From: a virus
DNA: 64,000 nucleotides
Reading direction: 5' to 3' (one strand)
Virus record (IMG/VR): IMGVR_UViG_3300032213_003587
Span: 32,001-96,000 of that record
In this document: positions 30,846-40,752 of the stretch, in pieces
Layout: each line of letters starts with the position of its first letter
How positions within the stretch are numbered: the first letter of the stretch is position 1
Program-made: the position numbers and the translations under genes
Notes under the pieces: generated by a model
The model's database searches: none
What the model was told of the DNA's origin: nothing
The model's input: only the letters and a program-made list of their open reading frames with translations

Positions 30846-31538
30846 CTACCTGTCAATAGCTGTCGATAGATTTTCATAATTATCTCGCCACATCAATAAT
30901 TCACTGACCCATTTATCTCTGAACTCAGTAAACACCTGCGGTTCGCCTTCTTCCACGGCAATCAATACTGCCAATCTATTAATGGGTATTTTAGTGAGCT
31001 CTTCATACATTATGGCATAAGCAGCGGCCTGCATAAAATAACTAGAAATCCATTCTTTTTTCTTGGGTTTTGTGCTAGATTTGAAGTCGATAATTGATAA
31101 TTTACCGTCAAATTCGCCAATACAATCCACAGTTCCGGCCAGTCTGAGGTGATGAGAATACAGAGCTGTCTCCTGGCAATGTATATTATCAACGCGATCC
31201 AACAAGGGCATCAACTTTTTAAACATTTCGAAATGCAGGGGATTGATGGTCTTAGATGTATCGAACGGAGATTGATTGTCCAGATAGCGCTCTGCGGCCT
31301 TGTGCATGCCCGTACCTCGACCTGCGGCTACTCGACTTATGGTGTTGGCCTGTTCGGCTCCTACGCGTTTTCTCCAATCTAAAATTACGTCTCGATTTTT
31401 TTCGGAGAGAACGGTGGTAACGCTGGGATAGCGAAGACCGGTCGGAGTATTATAGACTCGGCGACCGGTGCTTTCAGTTATTTGTTCAAGTCTGGGAACG
31501 GGCTGTCCCAGCCCGAATCCCACATGATTAAAGGTCAT
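30846..31538 (-). CDS. PD-(D/E)XK exonuclease
   Basis: YPSVTTVL, RGTGMH, AGTVDCI, IIDFKSS, YFMQAAAYA. Confidence 0.88.
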   Translation of the reverse strand: MTFNHVGFGLGQPVPRLEQITESTGRRVYNTPTGLRYPSVTTVLSEKNRDVILDWRKRVGAEQANTISRVAAGRGTGMHKAAERYLDNQSPFDTSKTINPLHFEMFKKLMPLLDRVDNIHCQETALYSHHLRLAGTVDCIGEFDGKLSIIDFKSSTKPKKKEWISSYFMQAAAYAIMYEELTKIPINRLAVLIAVEEGEPQVFTEFRDKWVSELLMWRDNYENLSTAIDR

Positions 31539-31539
31539 A

Positions 31540-32157
31540 TTATGATAGGTGTTTTATATTTTCTTCAAAGTGTTTCTTACGCTCAGCCAGACCGAGATTA
31601 CCGCCGTTGATTACTTTAGTAGCTTTGGTCATGTCCTTGGCATCGGCAATGGCATTCAGGCCATTCTTTTTCCAGAACCAGCAGGCACTTTCAATGGCGC
31701 CTTCCAGAGTGTCTAGATACGCCACAGTCTCATCCATGGTTTTACCAACAGCCTTGCTGAATGCTGTATAGTTATCTTTGCCGGTGAGCTGAATAGCACC
31801 ACGACCACGATACTTCCAACCATCGCCGCTGGCTTCTGGACCATTGCCCATGCGATCCGAATATACCTTGTTGGCAATCTTTTCTGGATTACGCTCATAG
31901 GGCTTGGCCGCTTCTTCGGAAACGAAACGCTTGGGCCAGGTGCCGTGCAGTCCCTTAGCTGAATAGTTTAGATTCTCTTTGAGTTTGGTGAAGTCCACAC
32001 TCTCATGGCCGCATTGAGCCATGAAGGCTGCCACACGCTCTTTGGTGTTGATTTCATACTTAGGTAAAACTGCGGCAAGAGCTGCATGCAGTTTTTCCGG
32101 TTCTTTGTTATTATGAGCGCACTTGGCGATCTGGTCTTTAGTGAAGTTGAAAGTCAT
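31540..32157 (-). CDS. Glycoside hydrolase family 19 (probable endolysin)
   Basis: AAFMAQCGHES, ENLNYS, DGWKYRGRGAIQLTGKDNY, SACWFW, INGG..GL. Confidence 0.92.
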   Translation of the reverse strand: MTFNFTKDQIAKCAHNNKEPEKLHAALAAVLPKYEINTKERVAAFMAQCGHESVDFTKLKENLNYSAKGLHGTWPKRFVSEEAAKPYERNPEKIANKVYSDRMGNGPEASGDGWKYRGRGAIQLTGKDNYTAFSKAVGKTMDETVAYLDTLEGAIESACWFWKKNGLNAIADAKDMTKATKVINGGNLGLAERKKHFEENIKHLS

Positions 32158-32969
32158 GCTAGATCCTTTACATAGAGTTTATTGTAATGTTCTACTAGAT
32201 TTGGATGACGGTCCCACTGATGTACTACCGCAGGTCGTTGTCCGTATATTATAAGTTCATCACCATCAAACTTAATCTTATTAGGGTGAGTTAGACATAT
32301 TGTAGCTACACCATCACCATTTTTATGCTGCACATGATCTAAGAGATTTTTATGGAAGATCCAGTTATGGCAGGCCTGCTCATCGGGAATGCCGCCGGCC
32401 TTCTGCATGGCATCTAAACTACGTTCGTTGATCAGGGCCAGGATATAGCGCATGATGCTTTCGGCATCGCCGAGCGTGGTACCTGAGCAGATGATGGGCT
32501 TGTCTTCGAAGAATTCAATTTCTTTCTCACCGTAGTTATTGATGAGAATGGCGCGATTGAATCTTTCGGTGCCAGCTGTAAATTCCAGATCTTCCTGGAA
32601 GGCATGCAGGCCAGCGTCGGGAATTTGTGCAAATACATCGCCTTGGAATACTAGATCGCGCACGTCGCAGAGGAATACCTTGTCGTAGTAACCGCGACCT
32701 TCCAGCAGTATGTCCAGATATTTGAAATAGCGAGTGTTATGAATGGCACTGGGAATCCAGTATGCCGCGGTAAAGAAACGCACATCCACGCCCTGGTCAA
32801 GCAACCAGTTAATTTTTTCCTGAGTGCAGTCAGGCTCGATGAGCAGCACCAGCGGATGCTGACTGCAGTAGCGTTTCCAACTTAATACAAAAGGTGCAAT
32901 GGCATCAATTTTATAACCAAATGCCGTACCCAAAATTAAATTAGTCTGTTCCATATCATCCTCAATCAT
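32154..32969 (-). CDS. Putative glycosyltransferase-like protein
   Basis: RYFKY, VFLCDVRDLVFQGD, ICSGTTLG, DEQACHN, VVHQWDR. Confidence 0.5.
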   Translation of the reverse strand: MIEDDMEQTNLILGTAFGYKIDAIAPFVLSWKRYCSQHPLVLLIEPDCTQEKINWLLDQGVDVRFFTAAYWIPSAIHNTRYFKYLDILLEGRGYYDKVFLCDVRDLVFQGDVFAQIPDAGLHAFQEDLEFTAGTERFNRAILINNYGEKEIEFFEDKPIICSGTTLGDAESIMRYILALINERSLDAMQKAGGIPDEQACHNWIFHKNLLDHVQHKNGDGVATICLTHPNKIKFDGDELIIYGQRPAVVHQWDRHPNLVEHYNKLYVKDLA

Positions 32970-33720
32970 AAATCATTGTGCCATTGGGTCCGATGGTGCC
33001 CATGAAATGAACATAGTCAAATTCAATGGCGTTATCCGGACCGATGTGTTTGTAAAGCAGATGTTCAATGTCGATGTATTTATTTTCATCGGCCAAGGCC
33101 TGCAGGTCTTCCATCATCCTATCATACTTATCTATGACTTCGTTGAGCAGCGCAGCATCAAAACTCCAGCAGCGACTCTGGAAGCAGTGATCGGTGCCTA
33201 CTGTTTCTAGGGGATTGTGAATCCAGCTCGGGGTGCGTTCCTTGAAGGCATACTTGCCAGTGGTTACTCGATATACATCGGGATTGAACAACGGACTAAG
33301 CTGATAGCGGCCAGTTACTTTAAAAATACGATCTACTTCTTTCAGCGGAGCAATTTGTTCATAGTCACGCAGAGTTAGCAGAGCCTGTTGAAAGATGGTC
33401 ATCTCGGCCATGCTCTTTACCAGACCAGCCACACCACCCATCTCTCGTTTATGATTGGTTGGAATGGTATGCAGATGTTGAATCTGCTCATCGTCGGTTA
33501 GATCTAGAAATGCACCCACTCTATCCTTGAGATTTTCCAGCAAGGGATGCTGCGTAGTTTTTAATTCGGTTTTACCGCCGTCAACAAACAGTACATTGGC
33601 GTCGGGAAACTTGGCATAGATGCTGTCCAGAGTCTGGTGTGTTTGTTGAAGACGAGTAGTTAGATCAAATACTCCGATATCGGTGACTAGAGCCGATGTT
33701 ACAATAAATGTAGTTTTCAT
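32962..33720 (-). CDS. Hypothetical protein (GT-like)
   Basis: FIVTSAL..R..QT..T..SI, RIFKVTGRY, DIEH; within glycan gene cluster. Confidence 0.45.
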   Translation of the reverse strand: MKTTFIVTSALVTDIGVFDLTTRLQQTHQTLDSIYAKFPDANVLFVDGGKTELKTTQHPLLENLKDRVGAFLDLTDDEQIQHLHTIPTNHKREMGGVAGLVKSMAEMTIFQQALLTLRDYEQIAPLKEVDRIFKVTGRYQLSPLFNPDVYRVTTGKYAFKERTPSWIHNPLETVGTDHCFQSRCWSFDAALLNEVIDKYDRMMEDLQALADENKYIDIEHLLYKHIGPDNAIEFDYVHFMGTIGPNGTMIYD

Positions 33721-34637
33721 AGTGCCTGTGGTTTAGTAAGAACTTGGTCAATGGTGTATCTCAGCACCGACAAAGCGTCGGGATGACTGACTTTATCGGT
33801 AAATAAAAATTTAGCCGGCCATCGTTGTTCGGCATTTAGACAGGATGTGGCCTGCGTACTGAAACAAAGAAAGGTTTTATTGCCATCAAACATATTAACA
33901 CGATGATGAGCAAAGCTATAGGGTCCGCTGTTTTTACCAACAATCAAATCGCAGTGACGACTCAATAGAGCAATTTCATTTAAGTCGCATTTACCTTCCA
34001 CATCAAAGGCAAAAATGTCGTGGGTATGACTGACATTTAGTCGACGAATTTTTGTGCGCTCCGTAGCAATAAACTGAATGTCCGGATACTCCTGACTCAG
34101 CACATCTATCTCCGCAATAAAGTTACCCATCTGGCTCTGTCCGCTGTTGGCTGGTCCGTTGCAGATCAGTATCTTGCGTTTCTTGGCATAGCCCTGCATG
34201 TAGTTGCGAATTAGATCGGTGCGATAAAAGCTATCATCAATATATGGAACATAGATCTGCGGATCATCGCCAAAGGGCAGATCCAGGCCCAATATTTTAC
34301 CGATGGCAGCATAGTAACGACGCCAGATATCGTGCAGTCGTTTAAAATTAATATGCTCACCAAAACCAAAAATCTCACCCTGCCAGCAGCCTACCCAGGT
34401 ATTGACTACAATGTCCTCACCCATGCGACCGATGCGCAGCATGCGATCTACGGGCAGACCATTTACTGGTCGATAGGTGGCTGGAACATCCAACAGGAGC
34501 TGTGGATGATTGTTGTGAGCATATTCAAACTCAACATCTGGTTTGCTGGTCCGTATGGTTTGAATTAAATCCCTAACATAGCTTTTGCTAACAAAGCAAT
34601 CGCCGTTGTGGAACTGATTATAAAAAATAATTTTCAC
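33717..34637 (-). CDS. Hypothetical protein, possibly GT-B/heptosyltransferase-like
   Basis: HNGD N-terminal motif and DLNEIALLS..CDLIVGKNSGP resembling GT9 C-terminal motif. Confidence 0.45.
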   Translation of the reverse strand: MKIIFYNQFHNGDCFVSKSYVRDLIQTIRTSKPDVEFEYAHNNHPQLLLDVPATYRPVNGLPVDRMLRIGRMGEDIVVNTWVGCWQGEIFGFGEHINFKRLHDIWRRYYAAIGKILGLDLPFGDDPQIYVPYIDDSFYRTDLIRNYMQGYAKKRKILICNGPANSGQSQMGNFIAEIDVLSQEYPDIQFIATERTKIRRLNVSHTHDIFAFDVEGKCDLNEIALLSRHCDLIVGKNSGPYSFAHHRVNMFDGNKTFLCFSTQATSCLNAEQRWPAKFLFTDKVSHPDALSVLRYTIDQVLTKPQAL

Positions 34638-35487
34638 CGTCTTTTTCCTGTACTTTTTCTGCTGTTAAATTCAATGTTTTAAGTTTAACTCCTTCAGGAG
34701 CTATCAGATAATTGTGCTGATATATTTCAACCACAGTATAACCGATGTCGGCTACAAAGTTAAGATAGTCGCTGGCTTTTTCTTGGAACCATTTTTCAGT
34801 GATGTAACTTTCCAATTCAAAAACAATGATGGGCCGACAGCGTTTTATGGTTTCCCTGGCACCTCGCATGGCTGCTAGATCCGAACCCTGTACATCGATC
34901 TTTATGGCATCTACTCGTGGCAGATTCAACTCATCCACTGTCATGGAATGCACAACGTGGCCATGCGGCGATATTGCTGCCAGCGGTTCAATACCAAAAC
35001 TCGAACGATTGCGCCAACGCGAATAATCTTCGCGAGGATAAAACAGTTCTTTATCTGAGGTATCCCAGATTGCTCGATGATAGGCCGTAATATTTTTGAC
35101 GTTGTTTTCTGCAAAGTTCATGGCCATGACTTCATAGATCAGGGGATGCGCTTCCACGGCATGTACCCAACCGCGTGCTGCATGTTTGGCAAATGCCTGC
35201 GACATCTGGCCAAGATGTGCTCCAAGATCGATGATTACTGCGTCATCGGGAACATTGATGGCTATCATGTCAAAGACTTCTTTGTCATATAATTTGCCCA
35301 GCGCCGTACAGGCCGCTACTTCATCGTGCGGCTCCAAGGGAACCCAATTAACTCCGAGCTCCGAAGGAAACCGCATGATTTGTTCGCCCATGAGTTCTTT
35401 GTATTCATAGCCCTGGCCATGTCGACTAGCAGTCCAATGGCTCAGGATCTGACCATTGTTCCACTCCTGCATGGGTGTGTCGCTCAT
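34618..35487 (-). CDS. FkbM family methyltransferase
   Basis: IDLGAHLG, HAVEA, IKIDVQGSD...RGA.ETI..CRPIIVFE. Confidence 0.88.
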   Translation of the reverse strand: MSDTPMQEWNNGQILSHWTASRHGQGYEYKELMGEQIMRFPSELGVNWVPLEPHDEVAACTALGKLYDKEVFDMIAINVPDDAVIIDLGAHLGQMSQAFAKHAARGWVHAVEAHPLIYEVMAMNFAENNVKNITAYHRAIWDTSDKELFYPREDYSRWRNRSSFGIEPLAAISPHGHVVHSMTVDELNLPRVDAIKIDVQGSDLAAMRGARETIKRCRPIIVFELESYITEKWFQEKASDYLNFVADIGYTVVEIYQHNYLIAPEGVKLKTLNLTAEKVQEKDGENYFL

Positions 35488-36707
35488 CGTTTAACAATTC
35501 TGAAATTCGGGCAAGGCACCAGCAGGGCGCCGCCTTTGTCCAGATAGTCGGACTCACGACGTTCAAACTCATCGATAAAATGCCAGGGCAGAACCAGCAG
35601 ATAGTCCGGTTGTGCGGCTCGCATTTCTTCTTCACTGATAATAGGAATGTTGGTGCCAATGGTTCTCAGACCAAACTTATAAGGACTGCGTTCTGCAATC
35701 GCCGTAATTTTAGTATGATCCAAATCAAAATATTGCAGCAGGGTATTGCCTTTGGTTGAAGCACCGTAGCCCATTACTGTCTTGCCTTCGGCCAGGGCCT
35801 GGTCAATGAATGTTACTACATCGTGCTTCAACTCGGCTAGTTTAGCACCAAAGTCCGCCCAGGTTTCTTTTCTAGTGATGTCGTAGCGCGGTTCTTTTTC
35901 CAGATTAAAAATGCTTTCTACTCGATAGTTGCAGACATCACGCTGTGGTGCGGTGGCAAAGCTATCGATGCGAGCCACCTCCTTCTGCAGGTAAACTCTG
36001 AAGCTGCCGCCGTTGGTGTCGTTCAGGGAACAATCCACAATGCGGAAACCTGCGGGTACAAAAATGCTTTCAATGCTGTGCAGATTATAGTAATAGGTAT
36101 GCTCATGACAGATGTTATCAAAGGCCAGCTGTTTGATCATCAGCGGCGTATAGCTCATCTGCAGCACCAGTGTGCCATTGTCGTCCAGCACTTCGTAGAG
36201 ATCCCGGACAAAGCCGCGCGGGTTATCGAGATCATAGAACATGGCGATGCAGGTAATGACCTTGGCCTTGTGGCTGATGCCGCTGTCCGCATAGGCCTGG
36301 GCGCTGAAATAATCCTGCACAATGGTGGCATGCTGTCGGCTCTCTTTGGCATAGTCATCATTGCAGGGATCGATGCCCAGGCGACGACATTTTTTCGGTG
36401 TCATGCTCAGCAGGGTACCGTCGTTGCAGGCAATGTCCAACCAGACGTCGCCTTCAGCGAGTTTAACTCGATCCGTAACTTCAGTGACAATGCGCTGCAG
36501 TTCATCGCGCATGCTTTGATTGATGCCGCTGCGATACCAGTATTGACCCCACATGGTGTCCGGCGGTGCAAGATTGTGCAGACGCACGGCCATCAGGCTT
36601 TCGTCAAAATAAAGGTCCAGGGGATATTTTTCGCGAGTGGGTTGATCTTTGACAAAGTCACTCACATAGTGTGAACCCATATGAAGGGCCAATTCAGGTC
36701 TTTCCAT
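35484..36707 (-). CDS. NDP-sugar C-methyltransferase-like protein
   Basis: YWYRSG, LDIACNDGTLL, FDNICHEH, GYGASTKGNTLL, LVLPWHF..E. Confidence 0.85.
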   Translation of the reverse strand: MERPELALHMGSHYVSDFVKDQPTREKYPLDLYFDESLMAVRLHNLAPPDTMWGQYWYRSGINQSMRDELQRIVTEVTDRVKLAEGDVWLDIACNDGTLLSMTPKKCRRLGIDPCNDDYAKESRQHATIVQDYFSAQAYADSGISHKAKVITCIAMFYDLDNPRGFVRDLYEVLDDNGTLVLQMSYTPLMIKQLAFDNICHEHTYYYNLHSIESIFVPAGFRIVDCSLNDTNGGSFRVYLQKEVARIDSFATAPQRDVCNYRVESIFNLEKEPRYDITRKETWADFGAKLAELKHDVVTFIDQALAEGKTVMGYGASTKGNTLLQYFDLDHTKITAIAERSPYKFGLRTIGTNIPIISEEEMRAAQPDYLLVLPWHFIDEFERRESDYLDKGGALLVPCPNFRIVKR

Positions 36708-36718
36708 GCTATCTCCAA

Positions 36719-37090
36719 TTAATAGTACAGTTTTTCTTCAACAATGGCTGAGCCAGTGATGTTATTTATCTCTCGTTTGATTTTGTTGCGAGTGTCGTTG
36801 GTTTGATGCGCTAGCTTAGTAAAGGTGGTAAATCTTGCTCCATATTCATTGGTGCGCATCAATACGCGAATTTCGTCTTCGGCATCCCAGAGTACCTGAT
36901 TGGCGTCTTTAAGCTCAATAATCAACTTACTGAGTAAAGGAGTAATCGGGGGCCTGAGCCGGCGAAGTTCGGTGAGTTCCAGAACTATGTTCTTTAACTT
37001 GTCTTGGTCCTGGGTGTGTTCTCGTTTGAGTTCGAGAATGGTGATTTTATCGAATAGCTCACCAATGCTAATGGGTGCATGAATTAACAT
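36719..37090 (-). CDS. DUF6165-like protein
   Basis: PISIGELFDKITILELK...N..LWDAED..R...ND.R..IKREIN...GSAIVEEK. Confidence 0.75.
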   Translation of the reverse strand: MLIHAPISIGELFDKITILELKREHTQDQDKLKNIVLELTELRRLRPPITPLLSKLIIELKDANQVLWDAEDEIRVLMRTNEYGARFTTFTKLAHQTNDTRNKIKREINNITGSAIVEEKLYY

Positions 37091-37851
37091 TTTGCTTCAA
37101 CATAACGATTGTGGTCTTGTATATATCTCTGCATGTCTGCAGTTAAATCGCGAGTGCGTTTTAGATATGTGTTTTCGTAGGCATCGTTCATCCATTCAAT
37201 GCCCAGGGTATGATGTCGTCCGGCCTGTATCCAATCCGGTACTTTATCGCCGATGCCCAATTTACGACCTACTGCGGTCTCATTCAACGGACACCAGCCA
37301 TAGTAAAAGATGACCAGCTTATCTGTGGTATAGGAAGTATAGTGACGACCCTGGCCCGGATATTGCACAGGCGTGCGATGAATGCTGCGAGCCTGACGCC
37401 AGCGGAAACAATCGCCGCCGTGATCGGGTTCGGGATCAGTCCAGGCAAAGCCATCGAACTTCTGTGCATACAAGGGCTGGTCGTGGCTTACTTCATCTAA
37501 TTGTCGATCCACAAAATACAGAGCCGGCATCAATAGTTGATTCTCTTCGGTGGTGTCTAGTATGCTCCAATCACCAACAATCTGTTCAGTGACGTTCAAG
37601 CACACTCTCCAGCCTTCGAGACTGCGTTCAATGTCCATGACTTCCTGATCTACTGGGCCGGGATCAAACCATTGATTGCGACTATCTATGATGTCCCAGC
37701 CTGGGCAGAGCTCTTTGATAATCTCCACACTACGATCTGTGCTGCCATAGTTAATCATTATGCCATGGTCGAATACCTGCCTGTGGTGTTTTAGGAACCA
37801 GGGAAGCAGGTATTCTTCATTATAAAAGTGACTTATCAAAGTTTTCTTCAT
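37084..37851 (-). CDS. Glycosyltransferase family 2-like
   Basis: ISHFYNEEYLLPWFLKHH..FDHG.MINYGSTDRS. Confidence 0.75.
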   Translation of the reverse strand: MKKTLISHFYNEEYLLPWFLKHHRQVFDHGIMINYGSTDRSVEIIKELCPGWDIIDSRNQWFDPGPVDQEVMDIERSLEGWRVCLNVTEQIVGDWSILDTTEENQLLMPALYFVDRQLDEVSHDQPLYAQKFDGFAWTDPEPDHGGDCFRWRQARSIHRTPVQYPGQGRHYTSYTTDKLVIFYYGWCPLNETAVGRKLGIGDKVPDWIQAGRHHTLGIEWMNDAYENTYLKRTRDLTADMQRYIQDHNRYVEAKC

Positions 37852-37857
37852 ATCATC

Positions 37858-38619
37858 CTATACGTGTTTTGATTCATACTCCATGCGAGCTAGTATATAT
37901 TCCTTGACAATATCTGAACGCACAATATCATCGACTTCAAATTCCACGGTGCGGAAGCTCGGCATGCGTTCAGTAATACCAATGAACTTATGTATGCCGC
38001 TGATGTCGCCTTTTTTACAGAGATCGGTCTGTCGGAAGTCACCGCAGAAAATGATCTTGCTGTTATCTCCAACTCGGGTCATTATGCTGTTCAATTCCAT
38101 GTCAGTCATGTTCTGGCATTCATCCACAACAATGATGGCATTGTCTAGAGTAATGCCTCTCACAAAGCTGGTAATCATGAACCGGATGGCTTTCTGTTCC
38201 TGCAGTCTTTGAAATGCATCATGTCTATTATTAAATAATCTGCTGCAGATGTCAATATAAGGAGCGGTATAAACCTGAGTTTTTTCGTTCTCGTCTCCGG
38301 GTAAATGACCGATGTCACGGCTGGCCACCGCTGATCGGACTATGATTACCTGCTCAAAACTATTGGCCTTATCTAACACCTCCTCTAGGGCGCGATATAG
38401 TGCAATGAATGTTTTTCCGGTACCAGCCACACCATGCAATAGGGTGCATTGAGTCTGCTGTTTATACAGTTCAAAAAAGGTTGCTTGATTTTTGGTCAGT
38501 GGAGCTATTGTAATCATGTCATTTAAGGTGACACGCAGTTTCTGCTGTGGTACGGATTTTATTTTAACCTGTGGATCTACGGAGTGAAGTAATGCGGCGT
38601 TAGAGGATTTCTTGGCCAT
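37858..38619 (-). CDS. phoH: PhoH-like ATPase
   Basis: GVAGTGKT, IGHLPG, FVRGITLD, DECQN, CGDFRQTDL, DIVRS; start set at MAKKS. Confidence 0.95.
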   Translation of the reverse strand: MAKKSSNAALLHSVDPQVKIKSVPQQKLRVTLNDMITIAPLTKNQATFFELYKQQTQCTLLHGVAGTGKTFIALYRALEEVLDKANSFEQVIIVRSAVASRDIGHLPGDENEKTQVYTAPYIDICSRLFNNRHDAFQRLQEQKAIRFMITSFVRGITLDNAIIVVDECQNMTDMELNSIMTRVGDNSKIIFCGDFRQTDLCKKGDISGIHKFIGITERMPSFRTVEFEVDDIVRSDIVKEYILARMEYESKHV

Positions 38620-38654
38620 GGGCGCCCTTCGAAGTATGCGTTGATGGGTCATGT

Positions 38655-38688
38655 CAAAAGAAAAGGAGAACAGTCACCCGTTCTCCTC
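38655..38688 (-). terminator. Intrinsic terminator-like hairpin
   Basis: GGAGAAC-GGGTGACT-GTTCTCC followed by TTTTCTTTT on the minus strand. Confidence 0.55.
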
Positions 38689-38710
38689 CGCTATTCATCA
38701 ATGTTTTTGA

Positions 38711-38968
38711 TTACCATTTACTGTTCAAATTAGATTTAGGATTGTTCTGATGGATCTTCTGCAAGACTTCCTTGAAGCCATTGTCAATTTTACGTATCCC
38801 CAGTCTAACTGAATCACCAATCGGAGGAGCACCTATGGATAAACTGACTGTTCCTGTCTTACCGCAGGCGGGGCAGGCTTCTTCTGAAGGTTGGTGTCGG
38901 TTTCCGATTGAAAGAATCTTTTCGAATGTTTCGTTGCATGCTGAACATGCATAATCATAAGTAGGCAT
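38711..38968 (-). CDS. FmdB-type zinc ribbon protein
   Basis: MPTYDYACSAC...CPACG. Confidence 0.85.
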   Translation of the reverse strand: MPTYDYACSACNETFEKILSIGNRHQPSEEACPACGKTGTVSLSIGAPPIGDSVRLGIRKIDNGFKEVLQKIHQNNPKSNLNSKW

Positions 38969-38980
38969 ATGTTATGTATA

Positions 38981-39994
38981 TCAAAAGAAGTTTTGAACTA
39001 GCTGATCACGAGCTAGATTTTTTGCCTTGCTTTCGCATTGAATGTCAAAGTTCGGAGTAAAGCTCAGGGCCCAGTCATTCGCAGCTTGGTTCCAATAATA
39101 GTCGCTGTGTGCTCGCAGGTTGCCCCGTTTGACCCCGGACTGAAGCAGACTTTCAAGGTCGGGTCTGGTATTGACATCGTGCCCAACCAGGACATCTTCT
39201 CGGCTAATGCTATAGTGCATAGCAGGACGCACACCGCGCCAGCTATCTTGAATGCGTTTAACGCGGTCATCGTCTGGTTCAATATATTCTCCGGTTCTTA
39301 CCCAATGGTGGTGGATGTCTAAAACCAATGCGACGTCATCCTGGAGTTCGAGGCTGGCGTCCAGGCCGTGCTTGGTTTCGTCGTTTTCAATGGTGATGCA
39401 GTTGCGTGCTTCGGTGCTGAGACGACCCAGCACGTCTTTGATGCCTTGGGGTCCGCGTTTGCCGGCAATGTGGACATTGACTTTGAAGTCCTGGAACTTC
39501 TGGCCGTAGCCCATCCATCTAACCATATCTGCATGATATTCAAACTCCTCTACGGATCTATTAACGATGTCAGGGTGATGACTAGCAAGCACACAAAACT
39601 GACCAGGGTGAAAACTGAGGCGTACATCAAGGGCTCGTGCAATCTCTCCGACTCTAGAAAAATGTGACTCACAGTAAGCACGAACATCGCTCCGGTGCCA
39701 ATAATAGCGCCAATAAGGCTCAGTATAGACAGGGAGAAGATCGCTGCCGAGACGCACCATCTTTTTATGTTCATCCAATGCTCCTACTCGTTCAATTAAA
39801 AGCCGCACACTCTCGATGTTATGCACCATCAAATCCCAGAGCCGTTGTTCGGCTACGTTCTGTTCCTGTCTATTAAGCCAGGCCACAGTAGTGGTGCGGG
39901 TATTGAGACGACGTGCGTCATCATCTTTTTGGAATCCGTCGATTTGTTCTGGGTGGTCAATCCATTTACAGCAAAACCCGATGCGAGATGTCAT
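38981..39994 (-). CDS. uvsE: UV damage endonuclease UvsE
   Basis: RIGFCCKW, RLGSD.LP, RLSFHPGQF, NVHI, IENDE, LDIHHHW, AHSD, ESKAKN; start set at MTSRIG. Confidence 0.92.
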   Translation of the reverse strand: MTSRIGFCCKWIDHPEQIDGFQKDDDARRLNTRTTTVAWLNRQEQNVAEQRLWDLMVHNIESVRLLIERVGALDEHKKMVRLGSDLLPVYTEPYWRYYWHRSDVRAYCESHFSRVGEIARALDVRLSFHPGQFCVLASHHPDIVNRSVEEFEYHADMVRWMGYGQKFQDFKVNVHIAGKRGPQGIKDVLGRLSTEARNCITIENDETKHGLDASLELQDDVALVLDIHHHWVRTGEYIEPDDDRVKRIQDSWRGVRPAMHYSISREDVLVGHDVNTRPDLESLLQSGVKRGNLRAHSDYYWNQAANDWALSFTPNFDIQCESKAKNLARDQLVQNFF

Positions 39995-40000
39995 GATATA

Positions 40001-40029
40001 ATTATAGTATAAGCGTAGTATAAAGTCAA
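40001..40029 (-). promoter_or_regulatory. Sigma70-type promoter, leaderless uvsE
   Basis: TTGACT-17nt-TATAAT, then 6 nt, then ATG. Confidence 0.7.
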
Positions 40030-40304
40030 GTTTTTCGTACACTCTCCGTATTGGCTAGTATGCGTTTGATGACGTTTTTGGTGTTGGTGGAAAATACCGT
40101 ACTCAATCGACCCAACATCAGGCACTGCCAGACCGTCTGGGCATCCAGATACTGCAGGTCTTCTTCGTTGAAACGGTATTTTTGTCGGCTATAAACATTG
40201 ATGGCTGCCAGAGTAACTTCAACTTCTTCCGCTGTGTACAGGGGAATCATCAGACCGGTTTGAATGCGTGGTCGTTCCGGAAATTGAATTATACTGGCTG
40301 TCAT
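40026..40304 (-). CDS. Hypothetical protein
   Basis: 92-aa ORF, IIQFP N-terminus. Confidence 0.55.
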   Translation of the reverse strand: MTASIIQFPERPRIQTGLMIPLYTAEEVEVTLAAINVYSRQKYRFNEEDLQYLDAQTVWQCLMLGRLSTVFSTNTKNVIKRILANTESVRKT

Positions 40305-40312
40305 ACCAGTAT

Positions 40313-40600
40313 TTATTCTTTTTCATCGTTGCCCTGGGCCTGCATGCTGCCGATGAGATCTACTACGCTGCCATGATCATGTACATCCTGATCGGTGGCA
40401 TCAATGATGGCCTTGAATTCAGCCACTACTTCTTCTACAGTGCGGGGCGAATCCCGGTCGTGCAGATCGTTCAAAAACTGCTTGCAGGCCAACAGCAGCA
40501 GTTCTAGCTTGTACTGGGCCCAGATCTCATTGCCACTGACAAAGGTTTCTACTTCTGAATCCGAAGACTGGGTTCGACGGTTGTATATCGATTTCTGCAT
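40313..40600 (-). CDS. Hypothetical protein
   Basis: ORF on the coding strand; start uncertain. Confidence 0.45.
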   Translation of the reverse strand: MQKSIYNRRTQSSDSEVETFVSGNEIWAQYKLELLLLACKQFLNDLHDRDSPRTVEEVVAEFKAIIDATDQDVHDHGSVVDLIGSMQAQGNDEKE

Positions 40601-40752
40601 GCTTCTCTCACTGAATTAGGAATATCGGGGTGCCACTCAGCCATGCCACAATCATAGAATCGTGAATTGGGAGCTGGTAAAAATACTATGATGAAAAACA
40701 TCATTAACAGCAGGCCAATTACTATTAAATTTATTTTGTTTGGAGGTCCCAT
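40549..40752 (-). CDS. Small membrane protein
   Basis: One TM segment followed by YDCGMAEWHPD.P..VREACR. Confidence 0.55.
   Translation of the reverse strand: MGPPNKINLIVIGLLLMMFFIIVFLPAPNSRFYDCGMAEWHPDIPNSVREACRNRYTTVEPSLRIQK

Noticed and set aside
30846-31538. Cas4/CRISPR system
   Set aside because: Ordinary T4-like PD-(D/E)XK exonuclease lacking the Fe-S cysteines; no array or other cas genes seen
23767-38619. Host chromosomal DNA or chimeric assembly
   Set aside because: Host-like genes are co-oriented, tightly packed and interleaved with T4-like genes and late-promoter motifs; read-level checks would still be prudent
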